The notes under the pieces are model-generated. The model did not search any database. It saw only the letters and a list, made by a program, of their open reading frames with translations, and was not told the origin of the DNA. From the NCBI GenBank assembly GCA_965223385.1, contig CBDCWR010000006.1:137896-201895 (forward strand): DNA of 64,000 nt. Direction: 5' to 3'. Below are positions 46,619 to 56,029 of the stretch, in pieces. A program made the position numbers and the translations under genes. Source of the DNA: Candidatus Multivoraceae bacterium. Lineage in GTDB: Bacteria > Acidobacteriota > Thermoanaerobaculia > Multivoradales > Multivoraceae. The first letter of the stretch is position 1. Every line of letters begins with the position of its first letter.

Positions 46619-48905
46619 TCAGGAGAGGGCCTGATTGGCCAGGGCGGGGGAGGCGGTCTCGTTCGCCCGGGAGGGGGTCGGCTCACCAGCCCCGGCGAGG
46701 CAGAGGAGAGACGGCAGGAGAAGCACGTCGGCGGCGAAGGCGACGAGCAGGCTCAGTGTGGTGGCGAGACCAAAGTGCACGAGGGGGAGGAACCCGCTGA
46801 AGCCGAGAGCCAGGAACCCGGTTCCCAGGCTCGCGGTGGTGACGAGCAGCGCGCGCCCGACGCGATGGAAGACCTCCTCGAGGGAGCGGCCGGGCGCGAG
46901 GTGACCGAGCACGTGTGCGGTGTCGTCGACAGCCAGCCCGAGGGCCACGCAGCCGACGATGGCCGTGGCGAACGAGAGCGGCACGCCGAGCCAGCCCAGA
47001 ATGCCGAGGCAGACCAGGATGGGCAGGGTGTTCGGGATCATCGCCAAGGCGGCGAGTCGGGCCGAGCGCAGCACCAACAGCATGGCGACGAAGATCGCAG
47101 CCACTGCGACCAGGAGTCCGCGGACCATGCCGTGCGCGATGGCGTCCATGGCTTTGGGAAAGAGCAGCCAGGTGCCGAGGACCTCGGTGTCGACACCCGC
47201 GGGAGGGGTGACGTCGAGCAAGCGGTCGCGCAGAGCCAGGATCTCGCTCGACGAGCGACTGTTGACACGCAGGACGAGGTTGAGGGCGCTCCGGTCGAAG
47301 TCGATGTAGTGGCGAAGGTCGTCCGGGTCGCCGGCGTTCTCGTAGAGGACCATGTACTGCATCGCGAGGGCCTCGTCGGAGAAGTAGGAGCGCTCTCTCT
47401 CCGGATCGAGGACATCGTCCATCAGTGCGAAGTAGTCGAGCAGCGAGAGGCTGCGCGTGACGATGGGCGAGGTCTCCGCGCTCCGAAGCCACTGGCGCGC
47501 GAAGCGCATCACGTGCGGCTGCGAGCGCGCCGTCGGGCATGCCGGTGGAGATCACCGCGTGGAGGAAAAGGCTGCCGCCGAGGTTCTCCTGGAGGAAACG
47601 GTCGCTCTGACGGTGGTAGTGATCCGGCTTCCAGAAGGTGAGCGGGTCCGACTCGATCTCGAGCCGCGCCATTCCCGCAGCGGCCAACGCCACGAGCGGA
47701 GCTGCGATGGCGAGCGTGCGCCAGGGGTGGCGCGCCCACGAGATGCCGCGGACCGTGAGCCCTCCGAGGCCGGCGAAAGGGAGCGTGTCGATGCGCAGCT
47801 CGAAGCGCTGCACGAGGGCCGGAAGGAGCAGGAGACTGGCGCAGAGGCATCCAAGAATGCCGACGGCCAGACTCAATCCGAGACTACGGATCGACGGCAC
47901 CGGCATGACCAGGAGCGCCAGGAAGCCGGCACCGGTGGAGAAGGCCGAGAGCATGCAGGATCTCGCGCACAGGCGCAGGAGGCCCACCCCCGGCGCTTCG
48001 TCCTCGGGAACGGCGGCCAGCAGCTGGATCATGTACAGCGCGTACGTGGAAGAGGTCGCGAGCAGCACGGTCGGCATCGTCGACAGCACGACGTTGAGTG
48101 GTGTGCCCGAGAGGCCGAGCCAGGCGATTGCGACGAGCTCGGTCCACGCGATGACGACCACCAGCAGCCCGAGCGCCCAGACCTTGCGGACGAAGAGCCA
48201 GAGGAGTGCGAGCACCAGGACAACGGCGATCGTGGTGAGAACGATCAGGTCGCGAAGTACGATGGTCGTCGATTCGTGCTCGGCGGCGGGATAGCCCGCG
48301 ACCCACACCGGGACATTCGCGCCGGAGGCGAGGTCGTACACGCGCTGGACCAGGCTCTCGTTGAGCTTGGCCTGCGACGGGAACGGCGTCCCCTCTCCCG
48401 CGATCCGCGGCACGATGACCGTGGCGACGGCACCGAGGTCGGCAGAGACGAGGCTCCCCTCGTAGAGTCGATGGCCGCGGATGCGCGCGCGCAACGCTTC
48501 GATGTCTGCGTTCTCGACGCCGTCGGAGACCAGAGGCGACGCGTCGACGAACGTCGGGTCCGTGGCGCGCGCGCGCACGTCCTCCACGTTCGTCAGGTCG
48601 ATCACCTCGTCGACCTCCGGCAGGCTCTCGATCTCGAGGCGAAAGCGCTCGAGCATCTGGAGGGTGCCGTGGTCCAGCTTGTCGTCGCCCAGGTCGTAGC
48701 CCACGACCAGGATCTCGTCGTTCGAGAAGTCGAGCCGCACCTCCTCGTTGCGCGCGAGCTCGGGGTCGCTGTCGAGGAGCAGCTCGTCCAGTCCAGGCGC
48801 AACCTCCACGCGCACGGCAAGACCGGCGAGGAGCACGCCTGCCAGAGCGAACCCACAGAGGATGGCGGTCGAGCGGTGCTCCACCCAACCTTCGAGGAGC
48901 CTCAT
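46619..48905 (-). CDS. RND-superfamily (MMPL/HpnN-like) exporter, reading frame broken near 47500
   Basis: The N-terminal half lies in ORF 46683..48905 (TM plus periplasmic domain, becoming Arg-rich junk after ...ALRAPVASERGD). The C-terminal half lies in ORF 46619..47512 (MMRFARQWL... six TM helices). Confidence 0.7.
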
Positions 48906-48911
48906 GGCGCG

Positions 48912-49868
48912 TCAGTCGCAGTCGATGCAGAGGAAGAGATTGACGCCCAGCGGCTCCTGCAGCACGCGCACCTGGCCCTCTCCGAATCCGCACTGTCTGG
49001 CGAGGCTTCGGAGCTGCTCCTCGCTCCGGTGGATCAGGTGCCACTCTCCGAAGCGCATGTAGCTGAGGCTCGGGTTGTTGATCGAGAAGTTGCCCACCAC
49101 GATCTGCCCGCCTGGGGCGGCCAGTCCGCCCATGCGCTCGAGCAGGCGGCAGAAGTAGCTGTCACTCAGGTAGTCGAAGAGCCCGGCGGACCAGATCCAG
49201 TCGAACCTCTCCTTCGTCCGGTAGCGAAAGACGTTCTTCTGGACGAACGTGATGCGATCGAGATACGGCGCGCAGAGCTGCTTCGCGAACTCGATTGCGT
49301 TCGTGTCCTGGTCGACGCAGGTGAGCTCCACGTTGGCGTCCGGGTCCTCCTGGAAGAGCTCGGAGACGTCGCGGCACGGCCCGCTCGCGAGGTCGAGCAC
49401 CCGAAGAGGCTCCGGACCGGAGTGTCGCTCGAGGCGCTCCCGAAGGGCGCCCTTGAAGAAGTCCTTCCGGTTGCGCACGGCGGTTGGCGCAGACGACTGG
49501 TGGAAGTAGGCGTCCCACCGGACCAGCTCGGGCACCCGCGTGGTGCGCTGCTGGTAGATCCAGTCGATGATCTCGAAGTCGCCGGCGTAGCCGCGCAGTT
49601 TCAGGTAGGCCCGGCCCTGGCTGGTCTCCGGGGTCCAGGCACGAGGCATGGCGTGGCGGATCGTGTTGATCGACGCATCGTCGAGGAGGCCGGCGTCGTA
49701 GCGGACGAAGAGACCGTCGAGCCACTCCTCGAAGGCGGAGTAGTCGTCCGGCATGGGGCCGCCGCTCGCGTAGAGCTCCGACGCGAACGCGACGTCGGCG
49801 GCAATGTCCGAGCCGCGCAGGTGTGCTTCTTGGGGTCGAGGTTGTTCGAACGTGATTCCCGCTTCCAT
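48912..49868 (-). CDS. class I SAM-dependent methyltransferase
   Basis: VLDLASGPCRD is the motif I GxGxG-like SAM-binding site. The stop lies 7 nt before the RND start. Confidence 0.75.
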   Translation of the reverse strand: MEAGITFEQPRPQEAHLRGSDIAADVAFASELYASGGPMPDDYSAFEEWLDGLFVRYDAGLLDDASINTIRHAMPRAWTPETSQGRAYLKLRGYAGDFEIIDWIYQQRTTRVPELVRWDAYFHQSSAPTAVRNRKDFFKGALRERLERHSGPEPLRVLDLASGPCRDVSELFQEDPDANVELTCVDQDTNAIEFAKQLCAPYLDRITFVQKNVFRYRTKERFDWIWSAGLFDYLSDSYFCRLLERMGGLAAPGGQIVVGNFSINNPSLSYMRFGEWHLIHRSEEQLRSLARQCGFGEGQVRVLQEPLGVNLFLCIDCD

Positions 49869-50224
49869 CACCAGCTCCGATGTACTTCGTTGACGTCCAT
49901 GACGGCTCGCGGAGGCGCGGTCGAGGTGCAAGGCTCGATCAACAGATCGTCATTGCCTACGCCGCGGTATCCGAGATTTCCGCCGCATCGCCCGGTGGGA
50001 CGGACCTGTCGAGGTCTTTTTCGTTCACGAAGCGCGGAAGGAGGTTCTGAGGTCCGGACTCGAACCTCGGGCTGCCCAGTTTCTGGGCGGATCGCGCCCT
50101 CCGAGGGGCGCGCGGGGAGATCTATGCATGAACAGCTATTAGAATGGGGGATGCGCGGTCACGGGTCCGCCGCGCTGGGAGGTGTCCGACGGACTCGAGG
50201 CTCGAAATGACCTGGGAGGCCAAC

Positions 50225-50698
50225 ATGCGCCGACTCTCCTTCCTGTTTGCTCTTCTCTCCTTCAGCTTGCTGGTGACACCGGCATCTCTTTCGGCGCAGA
50301 CGCCTCTCGACCTGCAGGAGATCCAGACGCTCATGGCGGATCTGGACGGGGCCCTGATGGCTCTGCGTGCCGACGAGATGATGGCGCTTTTCACCGACGA
50401 CGCCACGGTCGAGACCCGGGGCTGCGGCAAGGAGCCGGCGCGCCAGGCCGTGGCGGAGTTCGCGGCCGACGTGCGCTCGATGCAGCCGGTCGTCGAGTCG
50501 TATCGGCGGAGTCGCTCGGCCCTCCAGGTCCTGCCGGTCGACGGCGGCGAGGGGGCAGTGGTGCGCTCGACCGTCACCGAGGACATTCGTGCTGGGGAGA
50601 TGCGGCAGTCCGGCGCGTCGTCGGAGGTGACGACCCTGGTGCGCAACGGCGAGGGCTTCCGCATCCGGTCGATCCGCGCAGCCACGCTCTGCAGCTAG
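50225..50698 (+). CDS. secreted NTF2-like (DUF4440/SnoaL-like) protein
   Basis: gggagg sits before the ATG. Signal peptide LLSFSLLVTPASLSAQ. Confidence 0.6.
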   Translation: MRRLSFLFALLSFSLLVTPASLSAQTPLDLQEIQTLMADLDGALMALRADEMMALFTDDATVETRGCGKEPARQAVAEFAADVRSMQPVVESYRRSRSALQVLPVDGGEGAVVRSTVTEDIRAGEMRQSGASSEVTTLVRNGEGFRIRSIRAATLCS

Positions 50699-50767
50699 GC
50701 AGGTCTGCGCCTCAGAGACTTCGAGATGAGCGCGCGGCTCGCTTGCGGCGCGCGGCGAGTCGCCGTC

Positions 50768-50800
50768 GATTGACATGCAACCGGAAAGTTGCATATAGTC
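50768..50800 (+). promoter_or_regulatory. sigma-70-like promoter (TTGACA-N17/18-TATAGT) overlapping the perfect inverted repeat ATGCAAC-N6-GTTGCAT; putative ArsR operator
   Basis: The sequence gaTTGACATGCAACcggaaaGTTGCATATAGTcc lies immediately upstream of the arsR-like start. Confidence 0.55.
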
Positions 50801-50805
50801 CAGAG

Positions 50806-51120
50806 ATGCACACGGCGAGCCCCGATGTCTTCAGCGCCCTCGGCGACGCAACGCGGCGTCAGATCCTGGACCGTCTGCGCGACGAAGGCGCCCTGTCGGT
50901 GAAGGAGCTCGCAGAAGACCTGCCGATCACGCGGCAGGCCGTGACCAAACACCTCGACACCCTGGTCTCGGTCGGCCTGGTCGTCAGCTCCCGCGAAGGG
51001 CGTGAGAGACGGCACCAGCTGAAGCCCGAGGGACTCGTGCAGGCGCACGCGTGGCTCGAGCAGCACGCGGCGGCCTGGGACCGCCGTCTCGAGCGACTCG
51101 AACGGCATCTCGACCGGTAG
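50806..51120 (+). CDS. ArsR/SmtB-family transcriptional regulator
   Basis: ALGDATRRQILDRLRDEGALSVKELAEDLPITRQAVTKHLDTLVSVGLV is the HTH. Confidence 0.8.
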   Translation: MHTASPDVFSALGDATRRQILDRLRDEGALSVKELAEDLPITRQAVTKHLDTLVSVGLVVSSREGRERRHQLKPEGLVQAHAWLEQHAAAWDRRLERLERHLDR

Positions 51121-51131
51121 GAGGACGAGCC

Positions 51132-51539
51132 ATGGACTGGATCATCGAACGGACGCTCGAGCTGAAGGCGTCGCCGGAGCGCGTCTGGAAGGCGATCACC
51201 GATCCACGGGAGCTGGAGCAATGGTTCCCGGACCAGGCCGAGCTCGAGGTCGTGTCCGGAGCGAAGGGTCACTTTCACTGGGAGAATCACGGCGGCGGCG
51301 CCGTGCACGTCGTGGAGGTGGACGAGCCCCGCTACCTCTCCTGGCGGTGGGCCGGCGGTGACCAGCGCGACATCGAGGAGTACTCGACCCTCGTCGAGTG
51401 GACCCTCTCTGCGCGCAGCGACGGCGGCACGACGCTCCATCTGAAGGAGACCGGGTTCGACAACCAGAAGAACTACGACGACAACAGCGGTGGCTGGGAC
51501 TCGGAGCTCGGCGAGCTGGTCGACTACCTGGCGGCGTAG
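51132..51539 (+). CDS. SRPBCC/AHSA1-domain protein
   Basis: GGAGGA sits before the ATG. The product is Aha1-like (WKAITDPRELEQWFP). ArsR/SRPBCC is a typical gene pair. Confidence 0.8.
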   Translation: MDWIIERTLELKASPERVWKAITDPRELEQWFPDQAELEVVSGAKGHFHWENHGGGAVHVVEVDEPRYLSWRWAGGDQRDIEEYSTLVEWTLSARSDGGTTLHLKETGFDNQKNYDDNSGGWDSELGELVDYLAA

Positions 51540-51598
51540 CGCAGGTGGCCGAGGCCCGGGCACGCAGCGGCGTGTCCGGTGGGCGATCTCAGAGGCTG

Positions 51599-53263
51599 CT
51601 AGAGGCAGGTTGCCAGCGAGTTGGTGTCGGTGACGGCATTCGCCGGCTGGCCGAGCGGGTTGGAGTAGCGCTTTCGCGAGCCGGTGACCGAGTCCGTCAC
51701 CGTCACGTCGAATGCGACGTTCGTGGTCGCGGCAAAGAACGTCCAGTACCTGTCGTTGAGCCCGCAGCCGTCGAGCACCTTCACGAGCATCTCGAAGTTG
51801 TCGTTGGTGAAGAACCAGAAGAGGCCCGAGTCGGTGATGCCTGGGACCTCCACTGCAGATCCGGGCCCCGTGGTCGCCGAGAAGTCCTCCCAGTTCACCT
51901 CGACCTGGAAGCGCCCCTCGTTCAGGCACAACGCCTGCGCGGTGGGCGTACAGGTGAACGGCGCGACCGGTTCGAGCTCTTCGCCGCTGCCTCCGACTCC
52001 GTCGTCCCCTCCGCTCCCGCCTTCGCCCTCGGCGACGATGAAACGACCGTCGAGCACGATCGCATCGATCCCAAGGCCGACCGCGTCCGTCACCGTGACG
52101 CCGAGGCGTCCGTCCCACTGCACTCCCCCCAGGTCCTGTTCGTCGAGCACCAGCCGACCGAGCTCGGTCGAGCCCCGCATCAGTGCGACCGAGGCGCGGA
52201 CCACACGCTCATGCGGGAAGTCGAGAGGGTCCTCCGACTGCAGCGCGCCAAGCGACACCGCGCCGCTCGTCAGCGGGTTGCCGAAGCTGGTGAAGCCGAC
52301 CGGAAACAGGTCGCTGCCGTCGCGGCTGAAGAGCCGGATCCGGAGGTCGAGGGTTCGGCCGTCCGACTGGAGCGTTGCGCTCTCGCGGACCCGCGGGACG
52401 GTCCCGACGTTGTTGTAGCGCGGCAGGTTCTCGGCTCGGTCGTCGAAGGTCACCACGCTGCTGCCGGGCACCTGGATGTCGAAAAGCACTCCACTCGGTA
52501 GCCCGAGGAGTGGTTTGATGGAGTACGTGCTCCCCTCGGGGCCGACCGCAGCGCTGTATTGCCCGCGCCGCGGTCCAGGCGGCTCGGGAGCGTCCAGCGC
52601 CATGCCCACGAGCTGCGCCGTGAAGGGCAGTCCGCCACTCGGATCCTGAATCGGAATGTCGGCGAGGACGAGCGGCTGGTGGGGTTGCACGGTGCGCGAC
52701 ATGCCGCCGTCGGCGTACTCCAGGGTCGCAGCGCGCCGCGCGCGATGGGCGGCGACCAGACCGTCCACGGCGCTCTGCGCCTCCGCAGCAACTCGGGAAT
52801 CGAGATCCCAGGCAAGCGGCTGCTGACGCGTCAGCCGCAAGACGTCCGGTCGCAGGCCGGAGCAGGTCGCGAAGGCATCGGTGTCCGTGACCGCGTTGGC
52901 GGCCTGGCCGAGAGCGTTGAAGTAGCTCCGTCTGGTTCCGGTCTCCGTGTCGGTGACCCGCATCGTGAGCTCCACGTTCGTCGTCGCGGCCATGAACACC
53001 CAGAACCGGTCGTTCAGGCCGCAGCCGTCGAGCACCTTCACGAGCAGCTCGAGGTTGCTCTGGTCGAAGAAGTAGAACAGCCCCGAGGTCTCCGACAGGG
53101 GTACGGTCATGCCGGCGCCGGTGTTGGACTGAAAGTCCCTCCAGGTGATCTCGATCTGGAAGCGATCGTCGTCGCCGAGGCAGAGCACGGTGTCGGACGC
53201 GATGCAGTCCGACGGCCCCGTGCTCGTGGAGTAACCGAGGTCTTCCAGGAGCGCGGTCGTCAC
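51599..53263 (-). CDS. large protein with two copies of an unrecognised ~115-aa four-Cys domain flanking a ~300-aa central region; no N-terminal signal peptide
   Basis: Repeat 1 is CIASDTVLCLGDDDRFQIEITWRDF...LLVKVLDGCGLNDRFWVFMAATTNV...ANAVTDTDAFATC. Repeat 2 is CTPTAQALCLNEGRFQVEVNWEDF...MLVKVLDGCGLNDRYWTFFAATTNV...ANAVTDTNSLATC. The two copies are ~65% identical. The GTG start overlaps the protease stop (GTGA). Confidence 0.7.
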   Translation of the reverse strand: MTTALLEDLGYSTSTGPSDCIASDTVLCLGDDDRFQIEITWRDFQSNTGAGMTVPLSETSGLFYFFDQSNLELLVKVLDGCGLNDRFWVFMAATTNVELTMRVTDTETGTRRSYFNALGQAANAVTDTDAFATCSGLRPDVLRLTRQQPLAWDLDSRVAAEAQSAVDGLVAAHRARRAATLEYADGGMSRTVQPHQPLVLADIPIQDPSGGLPFTAQLVGMALDAPEPPGPRRGQYSAAVGPEGSTYSIKPLLGLPSGVLFDIQVPGSSVVTFDDRAENLPRYNNVGTVPRVRESATLQSDGRTLDLRIRLFSRDGSDLFPVGFTSFGNPLTSGAVSLGALQSEDPLDFPHERVVRASVALMRGSTELGRLVLDEQDLGGVQWDGRLGVTVTDAVGLGIDAIVLDGRFIVAEGEGGSGGDDGVGGSGEELEPVAPFTCTPTAQALCLNEGRFQVEVNWEDFSATTGPGSAVEVPGITDSGLFWFFTNDNFEMLVKVLDGCGLNDRYWTFFAATTNVAFDVTVTDSVTGSRKRYSNPLGQPANAVTDTNSLATCL

Positions 53264-54177
53264 GATGTCTGCGGCCCCGCGACGTTGAAGGGCTCCATGA
53301 TCTCGTCCGGAAAGAGCGCGATGTCCCAGTGGGACACGGAGCTCCCGAGCTCGAGCGGATCGGGAGAGTACATGCGGACTTCGCCCGAAGGCTCCACCCC
53401 GTCGATCAGCGCCCCGGCCGCCTGGCGGCTACTGGGGCCTTCCCAGACGAGTCGTCCGCTCGCGGCGGACGCTGCACGCTGCGCGTCGCTCAGGTCGCTC
53501 CAGAGCTCTCCGGAGATGCCGTCCTTGAGATGAATGGAGAACGCGTCGTCGAAGCCGACCAGCTTCTGCCCGGTGCTGAGATCGACGAAGCTCACGAAGC
53601 CGAGGCCATGCGCGACCTCGTGGAGCACGGTGGTGAAGAAGTCGGGTCGGCCGGTGGGTGGCGGGGTGTCGATTCCGTACCACCACCCGAAGCCGCCGAG
53701 GCAGCCCGGTGCGCCTTCGATGGCGCCGTTGAAACGTGCGAAGACGTCGGCGCTCGTCGGATCGAGGTCGCTGCCGGAAAGGGCGTTGGCGAGCGCGACC
53801 GGATACCACGTCTGGGATCGCGGCGCGGCAGCGAAGTCTCGGAACGCGTCGATCGGGCTCGCCTGCCCGAGCAGCGCCGACGTGTCGTCGCAGAAGAGAT
53901 CCGGCATCTCCGCTTCGACCTCGATCTCGACGTCGCTGGCGAGGATCTCGCCCCAACGGTCGAGTGCAGCCTGGAAGGCGTTGACGCGCTGCTGGCCGAG
54001 GGTGGTCCCCGGGTTGCCGGGCGCGGGGCCGACGGGCGTCGGGTCGTTGAAACCGACGCCGGGGCCGTCGAGAACCGTCAGTCGGAAGTTCGTGGCCGTC
54101 GCGGGCGTCGCGACGAGGAGTGCCAACAGGACGCTGCTGACGAAGTGATGTGTACCCAGCAGCGGTCGCCGAGCCAT
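53260..54177 (-). CDS. secreted zinc metalloprotease (HEXXH)
   Basis: Signal peptide MARRPLLGTHHFVSSVLLALLVATPATA. The HEXXH motif is TTVLHEVAHGLGF. A downstream SVSHWD is present. A ggag RBS is present. Confidence 0.7.
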   Translation of the reverse strand: MARRPLLGTHHFVSSVLLALLVATPATATNFRLTVLDGPGVGFNDPTPVGPAPGNPGTTLGQQRVNAFQAALDRWGEILASDVEIEVEAEMPDLFCDDTSALLGQASPIDAFRDFAAAPRSQTWYPVALANALSGSDLDPTSADVFARFNGAIEGAPGCLGGFGWWYGIDTPPPTGRPDFFTTVLHEVAHGLGFVSFVDLSTGQKLVGFDDAFSIHLKDGISGELWSDLSDAQRAASAASGRLVWEGPSSRQAAGALIDGVEPSGEVRMYSPDPLELGSSVSHWDIALFPDEIMEPFNVAGPQTS

Positions 54178-54617
54178 CAGCGATTCTCCGTCGTGCCCTG
54201 GCCGGCCCCCTCTGCAGCCGGGTCGGCAGTCAGCGCGGCTGCCGAAGCGGGCACCAGCGTTCCGTCTGGATGAAGGCGCACCACGTTCGCGCTCATGAAG
54301 CGCCCGCGGACGCGCGTCTTGATGCCGTCCGGCATCTGCACCTCGACGGGCGGGGGCGTGGGTGCCGTGCTCCGGCCCGAGCGCGCGGACGCTCCCGGTG
54401 GCGGCACGGTGAGCTCCCCGGTGACCGGATTGCGATACGCACGCGACGCCGCCTGGCTGGCGTCGAGCGGCTCTGTCTGCGCCTCGCCTGCGGGCTCCGG
54501 TCGCGTGGGCGACGGCGTCGCGATCCACGCCGCGGCGAGCACCAGGAGAACGGCGCCGACGCTGAGCCCCCAGAGCGTGGCCCTCTTTGCCCGACGACCG
54601 GTCCTTCGTCCCCTCAT
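54177..54617 (-). CDS. hypothetical membrane-anchored Pro-rich protein
   Basis: MRGRRTGRRAKRATLWGLSVGAVLLVLAAAWI is the anchor. The stop overlaps the protease start (TGATG). Confidence 0.45.
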   Translation of the reverse strand: MRGRRTGRRAKRATLWGLSVGAVLLVLAAAWIATPSPTRPEPAGEAQTEPLDASQAASRAYRNPVTGELTVPPPGASARSGRSTAPTPPPVEVQMPDGIKTRVRGRFMSANVVRLHPDGTLVPASAAALTADPAAEGAGQGTTENR

Positions 54618-54727
54618 GCTGCCCCCCTCGTTCCAGACCTCCCCGTAGTGTAGCGGGTCGCTTCGTCCGCGGCGTCGGCCCCAGGCCTCGCCCCGAAGGA
54701 CCGGGCCGACCGGTCTGGATGAGCTCG

Positions 54728-56029
54728 TCAGAGAGGTGGTGCGCCCACCTCGCCCCCGGCACGCCAGCGAATGAGCGGCAGGTGTGCTCTGCCGAGGAAG
54801 AACTCGCCGCCGAAGAGGTAGCCCGGAGTGCTCACGACACCCTCCTCGTCGTGCTTGCACAGGACCTCCTCGGCCGGTCGCCTCCAGGCCTCCGGGTCGA
54901 AAGCTCCCGCATCACATCCTGCAGCTTCCAGGAGAGCGCGGACGGCGTCGAGATCGAGGCCGGCTCCGACTGCTGCGACACGTTCCAGAGCGAGCTCGAG
55001 AAAGCTCTCGACCCGAGCGACGTCGTAGCCGATGACGAAGAGCCAAGTGCGGTGCAGAAGCTCCGTGTCGACCTGTTGGGGAGGCAACGGCACGCGCAAG
55101 GCCTCCGCTGCCAGCTCGAGCTGACGCGCCTCCTGCGCGCGGCGGAAGGCGAAGTGGCGCTGTGTCCGCTCTCCGCCCTCGGGAGCGAGCGCCGGACGCG
55201 CCACGTGCGGCCACCACGTGACGTCGAGGCCAGACCCGCGCAGGGCACGGCGGGTCGCATGGAAGGCGAGGTGCGACTCGGGCTGGCCGAGGTCGAGGAC
55301 AACGCGCAGAGCCGGGGCGTCGCGTACCTCGGCCGGTTTGTCCTCCGAGTGGAGCTGCCGGTACGCGATGGCGGGTGCGGAGCCTCTCCCTCCTTCGAGA
55401 TGCCAGAGCACCCGCGGCAGGTGCTCGCGTCCGAAGAAGATCTCCTCATCTACCACGAACGTGGGCACGCCGAAGATGCCGGCATCGAAGATCGCGCGCT
55501 GCATCTCGTCATGCTCGTGGCGCCCCTCTCCGTGCAGGAAGTCCGCGAAGCCCGCTGTTTCGGCTCCTGCTGCCGTGAGCACCGCCTCCACCACCTCTTG
55601 GCTCTCGGCGTCGAGCTCGCGCTTCCAGAAGGGCTCGTACGCGGCGCGGATGTAGCGCCGGAGCACGTCGTGGCCCTGTCTCTTGGCCCACATGAAGCCG
55701 ATGTGCACGAGGCTCGTGTCCCAGATCTTGACGGTGCCTCGCAGCGTGAGACCTCGGAGGGAGGCATAGCGACGACAGTCGAAGTAGGCGTACTTCACGG
55801 CGCGCCACTGCTCGGGGCTGCGGTTCTGTTCCGCGACCTTGCCGCCGGCATCGAGCTTCGCCGAGCCGAGATAGCTCGGAATGTCGAGCGTCAGCGGCCG
55901 CCAGTCGAACTGGGTGCCCAAGCGGTCCTCGAGGTCCATCGCCGGGAAGGTCGCAAGGTAGGCGTAGGGGCTCTTGATGTCGAGGTAGACGATGACCGGG
56001 GCGTCGCTGCGCAGCGGATCGAAGGTCAC
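54728..56029 (-). CDS. tandem DsbA-like / 2-hydroxychromene-2-carboxylate-isomerase-family protein
   Basis: Two thioredoxin-like HCCA-isomerase-type domains are present (VIVYLDIKSPYAYL...; LVHIGFMWAKRQGH). There is no CxxC. Confidence 0.7.
   Translation of the reverse strand: MTFDPLRSDAPVIVYLDIKSPYAYLATFPAMDLEDRLGTQFDWRPLTLDIPSYLGSAKLDAGGKVAEQNRSPEQWRAVKYAYFDCRRYASLRGLTLRGTVKIWDTSLVHIGFMWAKRQGHDVLRRYIRAAYEPFWKRELDAESQEVVEAVLTAAGAETAGFADFLHGEGRHEHDEMQRAIFDAGIFGVPTFVVDEEIFFGREHLPRVLWHLEGGRGSAPAIAYRQLHSEDKPAEVRDAPALRVVLDLGQPESHLAFHATRRALRGSGLDVTWWPHVARPALAPEGGERTQRHFAFRRAQEARQLELAAEALRVPLPPQQVDTELLHRTWLFVIGYDVARVESFLELALERVAAVGAGLDLDAVRALLEAAGCDAGAFDPEAWRRPAEEVLCKHDEEGVVSTPGYLFGGEFFLGRAHLPLIRWRAGGEVGAPPL

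Noticed and set aside
46683-47500. Arg-rich 270-aa C-terminal tail of ORF 46683..48905
   Set aside because: It is read-through after a frameshift in the RND gene. The genuine C-terminal half is ORF 46619..47512 in another frame.
54177-54860. Long N-terminal extensions of several ORFs (for example 54177..54860, 53260..54762, 62363..63799, 8444..9448, 6290..7411)
   Set aside because: The upstream portions are Arg-rich junk preceding a clear signal peptide and RBS. The genes were trimmed to the internal starts.
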